Below, in pieces: positions 36,312 to 47,964 of a stretch of 64,000 nucleotides of DNA. Made by a program: the position numbers and the translations under genes. The notes under the pieces were generated by a model. That model saw only the letters and a program-made list of their open reading frames with translations. It had not been told where the DNA came from and did not search any database. Origin of the DNA: Octopus bimaculoides (lineage: Eukaryota); the NCBI RefSeq assembly GCF_001194135.2, contig NC_069002.1:10900248-10964247 (forward strand). Direction: 5' to 3'. Each line of letters starts with the position of its first letter. The first letter of the stretch is position 1.

Positions 36312-36415
36312 ATAATTAAGGGATCAGCAAGCATTTGCTTCACCATATACCGAAGTTCAGAAATAGCAGCTAATAAATTAATAAATTGATAAACCTTTAC
36401 CCTTTTAATTTGTAA

Positions 36416-36463
<48 letters not shown>

Positions 36464-36469
36464 TATACA

Positions 36470-36632
36470 TAACTATCTTCTTTCAGATTCCATCTACCAA
36501 AGCCCCTCACAAGACTTTGGTCAGCCCGAGGCTATATTAGTAGACACTTGACAAAATGCCACGCAGTGGGACTGAACCCAGAACCATGTGGTTGTGAAGC
36601 AAGTTTCTTACCACACAACCATGCCTACACCT
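36470..36632 (-). mobile_element. SINE family A 5' half
   Basis: gccacgcagtgggactgaacccagaaccatgtggttg..cttaccacacaaccatgcctacacct. Confidence 0.78.
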
Positions 36633-38454
36633 ATATGGCTATTTCTGCAGGCTAACCTGGCTCAAACCAATATATCGTGTAAATGAAGCGTTGTTTTTCC
36701 GCCAGATGCCATTTCTGTCACTAAAGTTTACCTGTTTTCTGAATAAAAGGTCTTTTATTCCATCCTTCATCAAAGGTACAAAGCCAGCAGTTGATGTGCT
36801 GAAATCACTGCTCAAGGACTTTTGGAGACGTGTGTATATTTAGTTGTTATTGTTGATGCTGCTGTTGTTGCTGTTGTTATTTTCCTTGTTATTGTTGTTG
36901 TTACTGTTGCTGCTACAACTGCTGTTGTTATTTTTGTAGTTGCGGTTGTGGTTTGTGCAATACACTTTTACCTCGTCTCCATTGCGAAACTATACCATCA
37001 CCACCACCAACAGCAACAACAACAACAAGCCACATGCAGCATCGCATCACACCACAATGCACTCTCTTTAACATCACCACCATCCACCACCACCACCAGA
37101 AGCCACTGTGGAGCTTTTAAAAGAGATCCAACTTTGGACACACAGACAGACATATATGTATTCCAGCAACATGCTTTCTTAATTAGCTTTCTGCTTTAGT
37201 TCAGAGGTGCGGGTTGGGGTGGTGGTGGTGATGGGTGGCAGTGGCAGTTGTGTGTGTTTAGGGAGGGAGAAGAAAGGAAAAGAAATGAGATCCCTGCTCT
37301 CACCATCACCACCAACTCTAACGCCATCTTCCTTATCCTTCCCATCATCATCATCAGTACATCTTTCCCCTCTCCTCTCTTTTCCCCCTCCTCCCCCTGC
37401 TCCTATCTCCATATCTTTTATCTTATCCTGTCTCTCCTTCTCTCTCTCTCTCTCTCTCTCTGTCTCTGCTTTACATGGGGCCAACTGGGAGATATGCTGG
37501 TAACCTAGCAACGGCATGGCACCTGCAGCTGGTGACACAGTATCTTGTTCTACTGATGAGAAAGGTATCAGGGATGGTGGTGGTGGTGGTGGTGGTGGTG
37601 GTGGTGATGATGATGATGATTGTGGTGATGATAGTGCTATTGATGACGATTATGAAGGTGGTGGTGGTGGTGGTGTGGTGAAGATGATAATGACGACGAT
37701 GATGCTGGCGGTGGTGGTGGTATTGGCGGTGGTGGTAGTGGTGGTGGTGGTAGTGGTGGTGGTGGTAGTGGTGNNNNNNNNNNNNNNNNNNNNNNNNNNN
37801 NNNNNNNNNNNNNNNNNNNNNNNNNNNNNNNNNNNNNNNNNNNNNNNNNNNNNNNNNNNNNNNNNNNNNNNNNNNNNNNNNNNNNNNNNNNNNNNNNNNN
37901 NNNNNNNNNNNNNNNNNNNNNNNNNNNNNNNNNNNNNNNNNNNNNNNNNNNNNNNNNNNNNNNNNNNNNNNNNNNNNNNNNNNNNNNNNNNNNNNNNNNN
38001 NNNNNNNNNNNNNNNNNNNNNNNNNNNNNNNNNNGGTGGGGTGTTAATGATGATGGGAGTGGTTGCATTATCAGTTTTAATAGTGGTGGTGGAGGTATTG
38101 ATAATGGTAGCGTTGAGGGTGGGTGGTGTGGTGGTGTGGTGGTGATGCATTGTGAGCAAACAGTGTGATGATGATGGAATGGTGATGTGACGGAGGTGTG
38201 AGGTAGTATGAAGGTAGCGGAGATGGTGGTAGTGGTGGTGGTGGTGGTAGTGGTGGTGGTGGTGGTGGTTATGATGCTGATGTCAATGATAGAAATGCTT
38301 ATAATTATGAAGATGACAATGATGTTGATAATGATGGTGATGATGATGATGATGGTTGTGGTGGTGACGGTGGGAATTACTGACAATGATGACACTTCTG
38401 CTTTAACTGATGATGATGACGACAGTGATGATGATGCATTAACAATGGATTCAG

Positions 38455-38700
38455 ATTTTGGCACAAGGCCAGCCAGTTCAGTTGTGGGTGGCAGGAGTGG
38501 GGGGGATAAGTCGATTACATTGACCCACCCACCTCACCCCACCCCATGCTCAACCGGTACTTATCTTATCAACCCCCACCCAAAAGGATGAGAGGCAAAG
38601 CTAACTTCAGCAGAATTTGAACTCTCAACATAAAGTCAGACAAAAATGAGGCTCAGTATTTCCTTCCAGTATTCTAGCAATTCTGCCATCTTGCTGACCT
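38455..38700 (-). mobile_element. SINE family C copy
   Basis: ggcacaaggcc..gtcgattacattgaccc..ccggtacttat..aaggatgagaggcaaag..agaatttgaactc. Confidence 0.7.
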
Positions 38701-38814
38701 AACCCTTTACTATTTAATCTAGCCATATCCGGCCCAAAATATTCTACCAGTTTTATGTTTGAACTGGCCAGATCCTACCTCTCACACCCACCCCACAATG
38801 TCATTTGGAAAAGG

Positions 38815-38965
38815 CGCAGGAGTAGCCCTGTGGTAAGTAGCTTGCTTACCAACCACATGGTTCTGGGTTCAGTCCCACCTTGGGCAAGCATTTCCTACTA
38901 TAGCTTTGGGCCAGCCAAAGCCTTGTCAATGGGATTTGGTAGACAGAAACTGAAAGAAGCCCATC
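38815..38965 (+). mobile_element. SINE family A 5' half
   Basis: aggcgcaggagtagccctgtggtaagtagcttgcttaccaaccacatggttctgggttcagtcccac. Confidence 0.82.
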
Positions 38966-39549
38966 ATGTATGTAGGTATGTGCATATATATATATATATA
39001 TATATATAGTGTAGTATATNNNNNNNNNNNNNNNNNNNNNNNNNNNNNNNNNNNNNNNNNNNNNNNNNNNNNNNNNNNNNNNNNNNNNNNNNNNNNNNNN
39101 NNNNNNNNNNNNNNNNNNNNNNNNNNNNNNNNNNNNNNNNNNNNNNNNNNNNNNNNNNNNNNNNNNNNNNNNNNNNNNNNNNNNNNNNNNNNNNNNNNNN
39201 NNNNNNNNNNNNNNNNNNNNNNNNNNNNNNNNNNNNNNNNNNNNNNNNNNNNNNNNNNNNNNNNNNNNNNNNNNNNNNNNNNNNNNNNNNNNNNNNNNNN
39301 NNNNNNNNNNNNNNNNNNNNNNNNNNNNNNNNNNNNNNNNNNNNNNNNNNNNNNNNNNNNNNNNNNNNNNNNNNNNNNNNNNNNNNNNNNNNNNNNNNNN
39401 NNNNNNNNNNNNNNNNNNNNNNNNNNNNNNNNNNNNNNNNNNNNNNNNNNNNNNNNNNNNNNNNNNNNNNNNNNNNNNNNNNNNNNNNNNNNNNNNNNNN
39501 NNNNNNNNNNNNNNNNNNNNNNNNNNNNNNNNNNNNNNNNNNNNNNNNN

Positions 39550-39802
39550 TGGCACATAAAATACACCATTTTGAGCGTGGCCGTTGCCAGTACCGCCTGA
39601 CTGGCCTTCGTGCTGGTGGCACGTAAAAGCACCCACTACACTCTCTGAGTGGTTGGCATTAGGAAGGGCATCCAGCTGTAGAAACTCTGCCAAATCAGAT
39701 TGGAGCCTGGTGCAGCCATCTGGTTTCACCAGTCCTCAGTCAAATCGTCCAACCCATGCTAGCATGGAAAGCGGACGTTAAACGATGATGATGATGATGA
39801 TG
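39550..39802 (+). mobile_element. SINE family B 3' part, young copy
   Basis: Near-identical to 22330-22573 and ends in (GAT)n. Confidence 0.88.
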
Positions 39803-39869
39803 TATCTATGAAGAAATACTGGTAGGCATTACACCCAGCATGCTAACAATTCTGCCAGCTCATTGCCTC

Positions 39870-39904
<35 letters not shown>

Positions 39905-40059
39905 TAACAATAATAATAATGATAATGAGAAGAAGAAAAAAATTAATAAGAATTATTAAAAAACGGCAATAAAATTGTAACTATTTCCATATTGAGATTG
40001 CAAAAAAAAAACTGGTTTAAATGGACATCAGAATCCAATATGGTTAAAAAAGAAATAAA

Positions 40060-40460
40060 ACAAAGATATGGCTGTGATATTCTGGAATGTTGCCAGTTCA
40101 GTCTGACATAGAGATCAAAGCAAACTCTCCAGATATTGTGATTAAAGACGGAACAAAAATAATCTATGTTTTTTTTGATAGACATCTTGATTCCTTCTGA
40201 TTTAAAAGAAAAACAAACAAAAAGCAAGAGAGAGAGGCTGGAAAACTATAAACTACAAGGTCTGTGGAAATGGTAATTAGCAGTATGTGGGCAGGGAAGT
40301 AAAAATGGTTCTGGTAATGATTGATGTATTGGATATGGTTAAGAACAAAATCAAGAAGAATAAAAAAAAAACCATGGTTAGCAGATCAAGATTTTATACA
40401 GAACCAAGATATTAACCCTGCTAGTCTCAGAATGTATCTTACATGAGAAGATTTTAATTA
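40060..40460 (+). mobile_element. decayed R4/Dong RLE domain downstream of a (TAA)n tract
   Basis: ILECCQ/QSDIEIKANSPDIVIKD..LIDILIPSD reads as the RLE pattern ILWD..ANRPDIV..IDxxIPxD; (TAA)n lies at 39870-39925. Confidence 0.7.
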
Positions 40461-40486
40461 ATAGCACAACTCATGAAGTACCATTA

Positions 40487-41035
40487 AAATTCACCCTGGC
40501 CACATTCATCCCAAATATTGTTTTGTGTTCAAACTGGTCGAACTCTCTCACCTACCCTAGAGTGTCATTCAAAAAATAAATAGTCACATCATTGAAATCT
40601 TGAAGTTATGATATAGCACATTCTTAACCCTAAGGCTCTACCTGTATAAGGTTCAATCTGGCCTCTCCCACCTGCCCTACCATGTCATTTTAAAACCAAA
40701 CATTGAAATCTTGAAGCCATGTGACAACACAATTAATTTAAAACGATGTTTATCAATAAGCATTGCAATCACATTGTTGAAATCTCAATGCTACAAGACA
40801 ACACATGATTAATTCAAAACATTGAGAATAAGTAAGCTTTATATTTGAGAGAGTAATCTGAATGCTAAAGAGTTAAACCAGCCGTTTCCAGCCCAAATAC
40901 TCTACCTGTTTTATGTTCAAACTGGCCAGATCTGGCCTCTCACACCCACCCTACAATGTCATTCTAAAAATAAACAATCATATCATTGAAATCTTGAAGC
41001 ATGATTAATTCAAAACAATGTGAATAAATATGCAT
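40487..41035 (+). mobile_element. tandem fragments of a non-autonomous DNA element with ttaaccct..agggttaa-like ends (piggyBac-like)
   Basis: Three related blocks (gttcaaactggccagatc..ctctcacacccaccctacaatgtcattc); end aatgctaaagagttaa at about 40875; another copy at 38698-38812. Confidence 0.5.
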
Positions 41036-41059
41036 TCTATGTGTCTGAATAATCCTTTA

Positions 41060-41265
41060 TACGAAAGGCACAAGACCTGAAATTTTGGGGAGGAGACTAG
41101 TCAATTACATCGACCCCAGTGCATAACTGGTACTTATTTCATTTACCCCAAAAGGTTGAAAGGCAAAGTCAACCTCGGCGTAATTTGAACTCAGAAGGTA
41201 GCGGCAGACAAAATACCGCTAAGCATTTCACCCAGCTTGCTATTGATTCTACCAGTTCACCGCCT
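41060..41265 (-). mobile_element. SINE family C copy
   Basis: aggcacaagacctgaaattttgggg..catcgaccccagtg..aaaggcaaagtcaacctcggcgtaatttgaactcag..caccgcct. Confidence 0.82.
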
Positions 41266-41279
41266 TGTGTGTGTGTGTG

Positions 41280-42237
41280 TGTGAATAATATTAACACTGG
41301 CTGACCATCGGTTATGACAATAAGGGTTCCAGTTGAACTGGAATGAGGAATTTCAACCATGTTTCGTGGTCTGCTACCACAACAGCTCCTTTATAGGATC
41401 CAGTTAGCTCAAGACATCATCAGGAGGAACCACGTCCGGTTTCGGCCCCTACTCCTCTACCGTTTTGACGTGGCGGAGCCCCCCCCCCTTTCGGAGGTGT
41501 CTTCAGCTCTGGTGTTGGGTGCATGTCTTCTTTCTTCTATTCACTGGCCTCTTCGATGCAGCATCAACGAGTGTCAGCGCCCGACTGATCGTCATGTCAA
41601 ATTCCCCTTTTTATATCTGCTGCTAGGCTCCAGCAGGCAGCCCCAGCTAGTTGTCACGTGACACTGTCTAAATTTCCCGCTGCTAGGGTCCANNNNNNNN
41701 NNNNNNNNNNNNNNNNNNNNNNNNNNNNNNNNNNNNNNNNNNNNNNNNNNNNNNNNNNNNNNNNNNNNNNNNNNNNNNNNNNNNNNNNNNNNNNNNNNNN
41801 NNNNNNNNNNNNNNNNNNNNNNNNNNNNNNNNNNNNNNNNNNNNNNNNNNNNNNNNNNNNNNNNNNNNNNNNNNNNNNNNNNNNNNNNNNNNNNNNNNNN
41901 NNNNNNNNNNNNNAGCAAGTTGTCACATGACACTGTCTAAACTTCCCGCTGCTAGGCTCCAGCAAGTAGCCCCAGCAAGTTGTCACATGACACTGTCTAA
42001 ACTTCCCGCTGCTAGGCTCCAGCAAGTAGCCCCAGCAAGTTGTCACATGACACTGTCTAAACTTTAACTGACAATGGAGGGCGTGTAGCCACTTCAGTGT
42101 CAGCCTGTCTCACCTAGGCATGTTATGACTTTCAAGCCATATTCGGTCTTCCCGCTTCAGCCATATATCTTTGCAGCCTCCTCATGAAGTTACCATGCAA
42201 GTGGCTGAGTACTTCTTTTGTTGAATTTTCTATCACA
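41280..42237 (-). mobile_element. probable solo LTR of an LTR retrotransposon
   Basis: TGTGA...TCACA inverted termini, CpG-rich, U3-like tandem repeats followed by TATAAAAAG (41607-41615, minus strand). No TSD recognisable. Confidence 0.6.
41618..42062. repeat. 60-bp tandem repeat inside the putative LTR
   Basis: Unit agcaagttgtcacatgacactgtctaaacttcccgctgctaggctccagcaagtagcccc; continues across the gap 41693-41913. Confidence 0.92.
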
Positions 42238-42257
42238 GGTCAGTACATTATATACAT

Positions 42258-42415
42258 ATATATTATCTGTTTCAGTCATTTGACTGTGGCCATGCTGGAG
42301 CACCACCTCTAGTCGAACATATCGACCCCAGAACTTATTCTATCAGTCCCTTCTGCCAAACCGCTAAGTTACAGGGACGTAAACACACCAGCATTGGGGG
42401 GACAGACACACAAAC
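42258..42415 (-). mobile_element. SINE family A 3' half
   Basis: gtttcagtcatttgactgtggccatgctggagcacc..ccgctaagttacagggacgtaaacacacc. Confidence 0.8.
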
Positions 42416-42470
<55 letters not shown>

Positions 42471-43851
42471 NNNNNNNNNNNNNNNNNNNNNNNNNNNNNN
42501 NNNNNNNNNNNNNNNNNNNNNNNNNNNNNNNNNNNNNNNNNNNNNNNNNNNNNNNNNNNNNNNNNNNNNNNNNNNNNNNNNNNNNNNNNNNNNNNNNNNN
42601 NNNNNNNNNNNNNNNNNNNNNNNNNNNNNNNNNNNNNNNNNNNNNNNNNNNNNNNNNNNNNNNNNNNNNNNNNNNNNNNNNNNNNNNNNNNNNNNNNNNN
42701 NNNNNNNNNNNNNNNNNNNNNNNNNNNNNNNNNNNNNNNNNNNNNNNNNNNNNNNNNNNNNNNNNNNNNNNNNNNNNNNNNNNNNNNNNNNNNNNNNNNN
42801 NNNNNNNNNNNNNNNNNNNNNNNNNNNNNNNNNNNNNNNNNNNNNNNNNNNNNNNNNNNNNNNNNNNNNNATATATATATATATATATATATATATCAAT
42901 ATCTGTATATCTACACCTATTTCTATTACCTATCTATTGTCTGTCTGTCTGTCTATCTATCTGTGTGTGTGTGTATGTGCAAATATAGATGTGTGTAATG
43001 GATGAATGGTTATATTTACGTCTGTCCATATAGATGGTTGCACCAATGGATGCATACACAAGCAATGAGGTGATGCTTGGTCCAGCCAAAAACCAAACCA
43101 CTTTTCTTGCATTCCTGCATTCTTGTCTTCTTGCATCCAACAACATCTCGCCAAAAGAACAACAGATATATACATTTAAGATTAGGACATATTATTTCTT
43201 TTGGAAGAATTCTTTGGAAAACCTGGCAGATTGTCGACTATGTTGAATATGTGCTGCTTTTAGTTTCTTCCATCTTTTAGTTTGATGAAGCTAAACTCAG
43301 GAATTTAAAGAGGAAGCTAAGAAATTCAATAGTAAAATAGATCTGAGAGGATGTAGTAAAAGAACAAAGAAAACAAATGGTAAGAAGTTTTTGCTTTAAG
43401 AATTTACATTATTTCGGTTTTTGTGTAGGAAAAGTGGAGGAGTTTTATGATGGGCGAGATTTGAGATGAATTTGATCTTGAAAGTTATGTAAAGGGTAAT
43501 GAATTTGGCACAAATATTTGAGGTGAGTTCTTCAAGCTGGATATTAATACTTCATGTTTCCCAGACTTTTTTGGCACAAACAATGGAGAACTTTCAGAAC
43601 TGGATACTGACTTTGCATATATAAATTGAGCTGAGGTCTTAAGTTCAAACTTCCTCCGAGTTTTCTTTGTCTTTGTGGTTGTTGTTATTTTGTTATTGTC
43701 GTCATTGTTGTTGTTCAGCAGACGTATGTGCTAAGACGTTCCAGCCATGGCCATCTCATTATTGTTTTTATAATCTCTTAAATGTATGGGCAAATGTGGC
43801 TGAGTGATCAAAAAGTTTGGTTACCAAACCCGATGGCTTTAGGTTCTGCCC

Positions 43852-44148
43852 CACTATCGGTCTCTTTTGCCGAACCGCTAAGTTACTGAGACATAAACAC
43901 ACCAGCATCGGTTGTCAAGCGATGTTGGGGGGACAAATACAGACACGGAAACATATACACACACATACATATATATACATATATACAACGGGCTTCTTTC
44001 AGTTTCCGTCTACCAAATCCACTCACAAGGCTTTGGTCAGCCCGAGGCTATAGTAGAAGACACTTGCCCAAGGTGCCATTCAGTAGGACTGAACCCGGAA
44101 CCATGTTGTTGATAAGCAAGCTACTTACCACACAGCCACTCCTACACC
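43852..44148 (-). mobile_element. SINE family A copy
   Basis: Collinear with 8110-8440. Confidence 0.88.
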
Positions 44149-44159
44149 TATAATCAGTA

Positions 44160-44640
44160 AATAAAGTATAAAGAAAGGAAAGAAAAGTATAGGTATAGAT
44201 GATCTTTAATCCAAAGTTGGTACAAATCTATTAAAGATTCTACAAATCATTTCCAAGCCTAATTAATTCCAAAAACAAAATGAAAAAAAAATAATCCTTT
44301 TGAAATCAAAATTAGGTTTTTCTTCAGGAATTCATTATTGGAATAAATAAGTTCGACCAATAAAAAAAAAAGACATAAAGACCTTTAATAACCTGGACAG
44401 GAACAAACAATTAAATTATCAAAGGTCTTTATATTTTTTTGTTGATTGAACCTATTCATTCCAATAATGAATTCCTGAAGAAAAACCTAATTTTGATTTC
44501 AAAAGGATTATATTTTCCGTTTTGTTTGGGGAATTAATTAGGCTTGGAAACAATTTGTAGAATGTTTATTGAATTTGTACCAACTTTGGATTAATGATCA
44601 TCTAGACCTATATTTATTTTCCTTTCCTTATACTTTATAT
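44160..44640. repeat. foldback palindrome: about 230-bp inverted arms, about 24-nt loop
   Basis: 44160-44391 is the reverse complement of 44416-44640 with scattered mismatches; abuts (TA)n. Confidence 0.92.
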
Positions 44641-44906
44641 ATATATATATATATAAACAATATATGAGTATATGCATATATATGTACATGTATGTACATA
44701 CCTTCATCTACATGTACATATAGGTACATATCTGGGTACATGACATTGCAAAAGAACATGGACAAAATGATAAACAAGGTACAACAAACAAGCAGGCCAC
44801 ATAGAGAACACATCCTTCATCAGCTGCCACCATTAAAACACCGGCACACACACACACATACACACACATACACCCATATATATCCTGCCCACAGTAATTT
44901 AATTTT

Positions 44907-45290
44907 AGGTACAGGTGTGGCTGTATGGTAAGAAGCTTGCTTCCCAACCACATGGTTCTAGGTTCAGTCCTACTGTGTGGAACCGTGGGTAAGTGCTTTC
45001 TACTATAGCCTTGCACTGACGAAAGCCTTGTGAGTGTATTTGGTTGACAGAAATTGAAAGAAGCCTGTTGTGTATGTATGTATGTATATATATATATATG
45101 TGTGTATGTATCTGTGTTTGTGCCCCCAATCACTGCTTGGAAACTGGTGTTGGTATGTTTACATCCCTGCAACTTAGCGGTTTGGCAAAACAGAGCAACA
45201 AAATAAGTGTCAGGCTTAAGAAATAGGTTCTAAAGTTGATTTGTTCAGACGTTGGTCCAGCATGGCTGCAATCAAATGATTGAAAGTAAA
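44907..45290 (+). mobile_element. SINE family A full copy
   Basis: Head aggtgtggctgtatggtaagaagcttgc, central (TA/TG)n tract, tail ..caaatgattgaaagtaaaaga. Confidence 0.85.
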
Positions 45291-45299
45291 AGAAATACG

Positions 45300-45330
<31 letters not shown>

Positions 45331-45339
45331 GTATACAAT

Positions 45340-45490
45340 GGGCTTCTTTCAGTTTCTGTCTACCAAATCCATTCACAAGGCTTTGTGTGGCTTCAGACTG
45401 TAGCAGAAGGTACTTGCCCAAGGTGCCATACATTGAGACTGAATCTGGAGCTATGTGATTGGGAAGCAAGCTTCTTACCACACAGTCATA
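45340..45490 (-). mobile_element. SINE family A 5' half
   Basis: gggcttctttcagtttctgtctaccaaatcc..gcttcttaccacacagtcat. Confidence 0.78.
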
Positions 45491-45929
45491 TTTGCAGTAT
45501 CCTTCTTGCTCATAAATTTTGAAAATGAAATAAAATTTTTCCTGATAAATGCGTTAGGTTACCCAACAGAAAACTGTCAAAATTCATTAAATTAATGAAT
45601 ATACCAATGAGAGTTAGGAAAAATATAAATTTAATTAAGAAAAATTACGTTTTTACCATTGCTGCTCATTAATGATATTACTAGATTATCTCTCCCCCAA
45701 GAAAGTAGCAATATTTGTGAAATTAGTAGTTATACTAACGAGAGAAGAGAAATAAAAATTAGTTTAACCAATGCTGAAGAGGGGGAAAAAAAATTTTTAA
45801 TCTAATCTGGAAAAATAAATTTTTACCATTTACTGCACATTGCAATGTGCTGCTACACATTGCCGTAAATATCATACTTTGGAAAATATCCTTGGAAAAG
45901 CAATCTGTGCAATCTGCAGGAATGTGTGT

Positions 45930-46640
45930 GGCCGAAAGAAGAGAGAGATAGTGAGAACTGGTAGAAGAACAAATATGCAAGACAGCTGTACAATGAATGC
46001 AACCAAAGGGACAAAGGAAGAGATGGAATTTTCAAGAAGACACAGTGTGTCACCTCCGATGATATGAAGTGACTTTGGATGAGACAATCAGCTATGCTCA
46101 AAGTGAGACCTGCAGAAATGGTAGAATAATGAGGATACGACCAGAGGAATGAAGGAAGAGAGGAAGGCCCATGGAGTGCTGCCTTCAAAGACCTGAAGCA
46201 ACTTAGTATCACTTGGGAAGATGCAGGCAATGATGCCCAAAGTTGAAATGATTGGAGATATACACTAGCATAACCAGAGTGTGTGCTTCCCAGGGCAGTC
46301 CTTCCGTTTGCCACCTCTGGACCCCACAAAAGACACATACTGCCTACAGCAGACCCATAAGTGCCACCCAGGGTGGACTGCTCTTGCCCCCTGCTACGCT
46401 AGTGGAGACATATCGTTTTTTCCAATTCTTTGGCATTAAAGAGGTGTTTTATGCAGATTACTTACAGGGAGGGTACTGCAAATTCTGAAGTCTTGAAAAG
46501 AACCAGCATGGGGGAGAAGAATGAGACTTGCAGATCATGGTTCCTGTCTGCCAGAAGAATGAATATCCAGGTATCCAAGACAGCTATTCAATGGGTACTG
46601 CCAAATGGACAAAAGAAGAGAGGGAGACCTAAGAATACAT
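45930..46640 (+). mobile_element. decayed RTE-like LINE 3' fragments
   Basis: ..KDLKQLSITWEDA.. and RMNIQVSKTAIQWVLPNGQKKRGRPKNT (RTE LxWxP-G-R-RGRP-xT pattern). Confidence 0.55.
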
Positions 46641-46671
46641 CATGTATGTGTGTTTATATATATGTGTTTGT

Positions 46672-46842
46672 GTGTGGGTATATGTCCCCGTAACTTAGCG
46701 GCTTGGCAAAAGAGACCGATAGAATAAGCACTAGATTTACAAAGAATAAATCCTGTGAGTGATTTGTTTGACTAAAACCCCTTTCGGTGGTGGTCCAACT
46801 TGGCCACAGTCAAATGACTGAAACAAGCAAACGAATAAAAGA
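46672..46842 (+). mobile_element. SINE family A 3' half
   Basis: gtccccgtaacttagcgg..aaagagaccgatagaataag..ggccacagtcaaatgactgaaacaag. Confidence 0.8.
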
Positions 46843-46913
46843 ATATATATACACACATACATATGTATATGTGTGTAAGTAATGTAATGTACATATTGTT
46901 ATATGCAATACAA

Positions 46914-46968
<55 letters not shown>

Positions 46969-47372
46969 NNNNNNNNNNNNNNNNNNNNNNNNNNNNNNNN
47001 NNNNNNNNNNNNNNNNNNNNNNNNNNNNNNNNNNNNNNNNNNNNNNNNNNNNNNNNNNNNNNNNNNNNNNNNNNNNNNNNNNNNNNNNNNNNNNNNNNNN
47101 NNNNNNNNNNNNNNNNNNNNNNNNNNNNNNNNNNNNNNNNNNNNNNNNNNNNNNNNNNNNNNNNNNNNNNNNNNNNNNNNNNNNNNNNNNNNNNNNNNNN
47201 NNNNNNNNNNNNNNNNNNNNNNNNNNNNNNNNNNNNNNNNNNNNNNNNNNNNNNNNNNNNNNNNNNNNNNNNNNNNNNNNNNNNNNNNNNNNNNNNNNNN
47301 NNNNNNNNNNNNNNNNNNNNNNNNNNNNNNNNNNNNNNNNNNNNNNNNNNNNNNNNNNNNNNNNNNNNNNNN

Positions 47373-47418
<46 letters not shown>

Positions 47419-47469
47419 TGCATACACACACACACACATGATGATGACATACATACACAAGCACACATA

Positions 47470-47888
47470 TTCTTTTATCCTTTTTCTTGTATTTGTTTCA
47501 TTCATCTGACTGTGGCCATGCTGGAGCACTGCCTTTAGTCGAACAAATTGACCCCAGGACTTATTCTTTTGTAAGCCTAGTACTTATTCTATTGGTCTCT
47601 TTTGCTGAACTGTTAAGTTACGGGGATGTAAACACACCAACATCGGTTGTCAAGTGATGGTGGGGTGACAAACACAGACACACAAACAATAACATGTATA
47701 TATACATATACATACATATATATACACATGTAACGGGCTTCTTTCAGTTTCTGTCTATCACATCCACTCACAAGGCTTTGGTCGGCCCAAGGCTACAGTA
47801 CAAGGCACTTACACAAGATGCCATGAAGTGGGACTGAACCCGGAACCATATGGTTGGTTAACATGCTACTTACCACACAGCCACTCCA
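47470..47888 (-). mobile_element. SINE family A full copy
   Basis: Collinear with 8006-8440. Confidence 0.87.
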
Positions 47889-47923
47889 TTAATGTATGTA
47901 TAATATATATGTATGCATATCTA

Positions 47924-47964
<41 letters not shown>

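Noticed and set aside
41618-42062. Regular 60-bp array as a possible CRISPR
   Set aside because: Whole units are identical with no unique spacers, there are no cas genes, and the context is eukaryotic.
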